NCBI GenBank assembly: GCA_003445735.1
Contig: DMCR01000172.1
Span: forward strand, 4,464-33,239
Source of the DNA: Cryomorphaceae bacterium
Lineage (GTDB): Bacteria; Bacteroidota; Bacteroidia; Flavobacteriales; Schleiferiaceae
Direction: 5' to 3'
DNA length: 28,776 nt
Numbering within the stretch: the stretch's first letter is position 1; each line of letters opens with the position of its first letter. Both the position numbers and the translations under genes were made by a program. A model generated the notes under the pieces. It worked only from the letters and a program-made list of their open reading frames with translations. It had not been told where the DNA came from and ran no database searches. Shown here piece by piece: positions 25,674-28,776 of this stretch.

Positions 25674-27003
25674 TGTAAAAGACCGTGTAGCGCAGGCCGT
25701 TGCGACCACCGAAGAGGGGCTTTTTGCCACCTTAATGGATGGGGTGCATGCGGCGGATATTGCTGAGGTTTTGGAATCTTGGGACCTGGATGAGATCGCA
25801 CCTTTTTTGGAGCGCCTTGACACCGAATTGGTCGCAGATATTCTCGTAGAGATTGATGAAGATATCCGTGCAGACCTACTGAAAAGCTATACCTCGGAAG
25901 ATATTGCCCATGAGCTCGTGGAGAACATGGATAGTGATGATGCGGCGGACATGCTTTCGGAGCTTTCGGAAGAGCGAACTAAGGAGGTCCTTTCGAAGGT
26001 GGATGATGTAGAGCAGGCAAAGAAAATTGCGCAGCTGCTCACTCATGAGGAGGATACCGCGGGTGCATTGATGGCGACGGAATACGTAAAAGTTCAAGAG
26101 GGGCTGACTGCGCTCAGATGTGTGGCAGCCATGCGAACGCAGGCGGAAAATGTTGACCGTGTCCACGCTGTTTATGTGGTCAACGAAGATGATATTCTTG
26201 TGGGGAAATTGAGCTTGAAGAAGCTCTTGACGGCCAATCGTACTGAAAATATTTCCGAACTCTATACTCCTATTCAACATACGGTACTTTCCACAACTCC
26301 GGCAGAGGAAGTGGCCAATACCATGCAGAAGTATGACCTTTTTGTTATCCCTGTGGTCAATGCCGCTGGAGAGTTGTTAGGTCGTATTACTCTTGATGAT
26401 GTGGTGGATTTCATTCGTGAAGAAGCGGAGCGTGATTACCAATTAGCTTCGGGTTTGACCGACGAGGTAGAGAGCGACGATACTGTATTGCACATTACGC
26501 GTGCTCGTATTCCTTGGTTGCTCATTGGCTTGTTCGGTGGGTTGATCGTGGCCTTGATGTTGGGCGAAAACGAGGGTGATATTAAAAGTGTACCGGCCTT
26601 GGCCTTATTCATGCCGCTGATTGCGGCGATGGCCGGGAATGTTGGGGTGCAATCTTCAGCCATCGTGGTTCAGGCCTTGGCCAACAACAAGGCAGATCAT
26701 AACATGACCAAGAAGTTGTTCAAGGAGTTGTCTGTTGGTTTGGTAAATGGATTGATTTTGGGAGCGGTAATGCTTGGATCAGGTTTGATTTTAGGCTATG
26801 GCCAATTAGTTACGCTCACCGTTAGTGTCTCCCTGTTAGCCGTCATCATATTTGCTTCTTTATTTGGAACCTTTATTCCGCTCATGCTGAATAAATTCAA
26901 CGTTGATGCAGCACTGGCCACGGGTCCTTTTATTACCACTGCGAACGATGTCATCGGCCTGTTGATTTATTTCCAGATCGGACGACTCATTATCGGTTAT
27001 TGA
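25660..27003 (+). CDS. mgtE: Magnesium transporter MgtE
   Basis: HAADIAE, MDSDDAAD, EDTAGALM, CBS pair (GRITLDDVVD), RIPWLLIGL, AGNVGVQS, GPFITTANDV. Overlaps rsmA by 14 nt. Confidence 0.97.
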   Translation: MEDLSVKDRVAQAVATTEEGLFATLMDGVHAADIAEVLESWDLDEIAPFLERLDTELVADILVEIDEDIRADLLKSYTSEDIAHELVENMDSDDAADMLSELSEERTKEVLSKVDDVEQAKKIAQLLTHEEDTAGALMATEYVKVQEGLTALRCVAAMRTQAENVDRVHAVYVVNEDDILVGKLSLKKLLTANRTENISELYTPIQHTVLSTTPAEEVANTMQKYDLFVIPVVNAAGELLGRITLDDVVDFIREEAERDYQLASGLTDEVESDDTVLHITRARIPWLLIGLFGGLIVALMLGENEGDIKSVPALALFMPLIAAMAGNVGVQSSAIVVQALANNKADHNMTKKLFKELSVGLVNGLILGAVMLGSGLILGYGQLVTLTVSVSLLAVIIFASLFGTFIPLMLNKFNVDAALATGPFITTANDVIGLLIYFQIGRLIIGY

Positions 27004-27938
27004 TGAACGCCTTACTGCTCGACCATACCCATCCGTTGTTAGAGCAAGGTCTTGAACGAGGCGGAATTGGCTTGTGGCGTGAGTACGAATTGGCCCCAAA
27101 GGATTTTCCATCTGATTATTTTACCGCGGAAGTAGTGGTCATTCGTTCGCGTTTTCCCGTGACCCGTGAGGTGATCGATCTATTTCCGAATCTCAAGGCC
27201 GTTGGGCGCTTAGGGGCGGGGCTCGAGAATATTGATGTGGATTATGCAGAATCTCGCGGTATTGCTTGCTTGCGCGTGCCAGAAGGTAATGCCCAAGCGT
27301 TGGCAGAGCACTCTTTAGGGATGTTGCTCGGATTGCTCAATCACCTCCCACGGGTGCAACGTGAAATAAAAGAGGGAGTTTGGCGCCGTGAGGAAAATAA
27401 AGGGCTGGAATTGAGAAGTCGTACCGTAGGCATCATTGGTTACGGGGTGATGGGGAGCCAATTCGCTCGCCTGCTCGCCGCCTTGGGCGTAATCGTGTTC
27501 GCCTACGACAAGTACAAAACTGGCTATGCCGACGCCGGCATTACCGAATCCACTTTGGAAGAGCTTCAGCAAAAGTGTGACATCATTAGTCTTCACTTGC
27601 CGCTTACAAAGGAGACACGCTATTTTGCCGATGACACTTTTTTCAATTCCTTTCAAAATCCTATCTATTTCCTGAATACCGCCCGCGGTCCCATCCTTCA
27701 GACAGAAGCGTTGGTTCGGGCGATGAAGACGGGAAGCGTTAGAGGAGCGGGTTTGGACGTCCTTGAATTTGAAAAGAAAAGCTTTACCAGCGTGTTCGAA
27801 GGGGAGATGCCCCATTCTCTGCAGTGGCTGATGAATCAAGAAAATGTTATACTCAGTCCGCACATCGCAGGATGGACAAAAGAGAGTTTCGAGAAGATGG
27901 GTGCTAGCCTGGCCGCGAAAATTCTAGATGTGCTTTAA
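27003..27938 (+). CDS. D-isomer-specific 2-hydroxyacid dehydrogenase (short SerA-like, no ACT domain)
   Basis: GRLGAGLENIDV, NAQALAEH, Rossmann GIIGYGVMG, SLHLPLT.ET, NTARG, LDV...E, SPHIAG. TGATG coupling to mgtE. Confidence 0.92.
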   Translation: MNALLLDHTHPLLEQGLERGGIGLWREYELAPKDFPSDYFTAEVVVIRSRFPVTREVIDLFPNLKAVGRLGAGLENIDVDYAESRGIACLRVPEGNAQALAEHSLGMLLGLLNHLPRVQREIKEGVWRREENKGLELRSRTVGIIGYGVMGSQFARLLAALGVIVFAYDKYKTGYADAGITESTLEELQQKCDIISLHLPLTKETRYFADDTFFNSFQNPIYFLNTARGPILQTEALVRAMKTGSVRGAGLDVLEFEKKSFTSVFEGEMPHSLQWLMNQENVILSPHIAGWTKESFEKMGASLAAKILDVL

Positions 27939-28774
27939 TTTCTTTGAAAGGCGAACTGCACCGTATCAGGGGTGCGCTGTTCTTGTAAAATCGTTAATCC
28001 TTCCGTTTCACGAACCACATCGGATTCGTTGTAATGACGAATAGTCAATAGCTCAACGTCTGAAGTGAAGGTGAGATTGAAATCACTTTGAAGGGCTGCA
28101 ATTACCTTGGGAACGATGATGGCGTCGTTGTTTAGACAGAACACCGCTTTGGTGGCAGTATTACGCATCATATTGACTACCACACCTTTTTCCGCAAACA
28201 ACTGGTATACTGCGCTGAGGTGATGCTCGGCGATGAAGGCTAAATCCATCGTGCTGATCGAGAGCAGCGCTTGGTTTTTCTTTAGGATGAAGTTTGGGAC
28301 TTGGGGAGTGGCCTTGTCGGCGCTGTTGATGACGGTGCCTTTGGCTACCGGGTTCACGAAACTTTTAATGTGCAATGGAATGCCCTTTTCCTGCAAAGGC
28401 TGAATGGTCTTCGGGTGAATAATGGAAGCGCCATAAAAGGCCAATTCTATCGCTTCACCAAAAGGCAATTCTTCAATGAGCGTGGTGTTTTGGAACGTTT
28501 TAGGATCTCCGTTTAGCATTCCAGGTACATCCTTCCAGATGGTGAGGCCGTTGGCGTCAAGGCAGTAAGCGAATACGGCCCCAGTATAATCTGATCCTTC
28601 TCTACCCAAGGTCGTCGGGCGGCCCGCGGGATCGCTACCAATAAAACCTTGCACGAAATACACCTTTGATTCTTGGATCGCGGCGGAGATGCACTCTTGA
28701 GTGAGGCTCCATTTTACGGTCGCGCGACGAAACTGATCGTCTGTTTTAACGAGGGTTCGGGTATCCAGCCAAAG
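27935..28774 (-). CDS. lysC: Monofunctional aspartate kinase, C-terminal part (runs off the right edge)
   Basis: The frame stays open from the window edge (LWLDTRTLVKTDDQFRRA...) into VQGFIG, TTLGREGSDYT, TIWKDVPG, ELAFYGASIIHPKTIQP and a C-terminal ACT-like region. The track start at 28663 is internal. Confidence 0.93.
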   Translation of the reverse strand, partial: LWLDTRTLVKTDDQFRRATVKWSLTQECISAAIQESKVYFVQGFIGSDPAGRPTTLGREGSDYTGAVFAYCLDANGLTIWKDVPGMLNGDPKTFQNTTLIEELPFGEAIELAFYGASIIHPKTIQPLQEKGIPLHIKSFVNPVAKGTVINSADKATPQVPNFILKKNQALLSISTMDLAFIAEHHLSAVYQLFAEKGVVVNMMRNTATKAVFCLNNDAIIVPKVIAALQSDFNLTFTSDVELLTIRHYNESDVVRETEGLTILQEQRTPDTVQFAFQRN

Positions 28775-28776
28775 GG

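Noticed and set aside
3966-27003. CNNM protein and MgtE in one window as a magnesium regulon
   Set aside because: They are about 20 kb apart in unrelated operons, with no shared upstream motif or room for an Mg-sensing leader.
27315-27863. 182-aa minus-strand ORF inside the dehydrogenase
   Set aside because: Antisense shadow of a conserved enzyme with no domain features.
1-28776. CRISPR arrays, tRNA/rRNA, IS elements, prophage or defence genes
   Set aside because: No spaced direct repeats, cloverleafs, transposase, integrase or nuclease motifs were seen; the largest intergenic gap is 126 nt.

Overview
Gene-dense, mostly core-genome window from a Bacteroidota bacterium, most likely Flavobacteriales (inferred from TAnnTTTG-type promoter boxes, no Shine-Dalgarno motifs, signal peptides cleaving before Gln, and T9SS genes). 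Order: 3' end of coaX (missed by the ORF track) > FadL-like outer-membrane barrel > periplasmic TPR-like protein > terminator > lipoprotein-type lptC > 63-aa two-TM protein > CNNM/CBS/CorC protein > ppiD > terminator < rodA < mrdA < mreD < mreC < mreB < purH <> MacB/FtsX-type permease > < GAF (fRMsr-like) <> T9SS type-B cargo > PorP/SprF-coiled-coil-SPOR fusion > terminator < DinB-family < mfd < fbp <> rsmA > mgtE > D-2-hydroxyacid dehydrogenase > < aspartate kinase (partial). I saw no rRNA, tRNA, CRISPR array, IS, integrase or phage gene. Best candidates for undescribed biology: (1) a two-gene T9SS module whose PorP/SprF barrel carries its own periplasmic stalk and SPOR domain, paired with a cargo very rich in O-glycosylation sequons; (2) a lipoprotein-type LptC translationally coupled to a small membrane hairpin protein inside an envelope-biogenesis cluster. 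Both are sequence-based hypotheses. No database search was run, all counts are manual, and similar architectures may already exist in databases.
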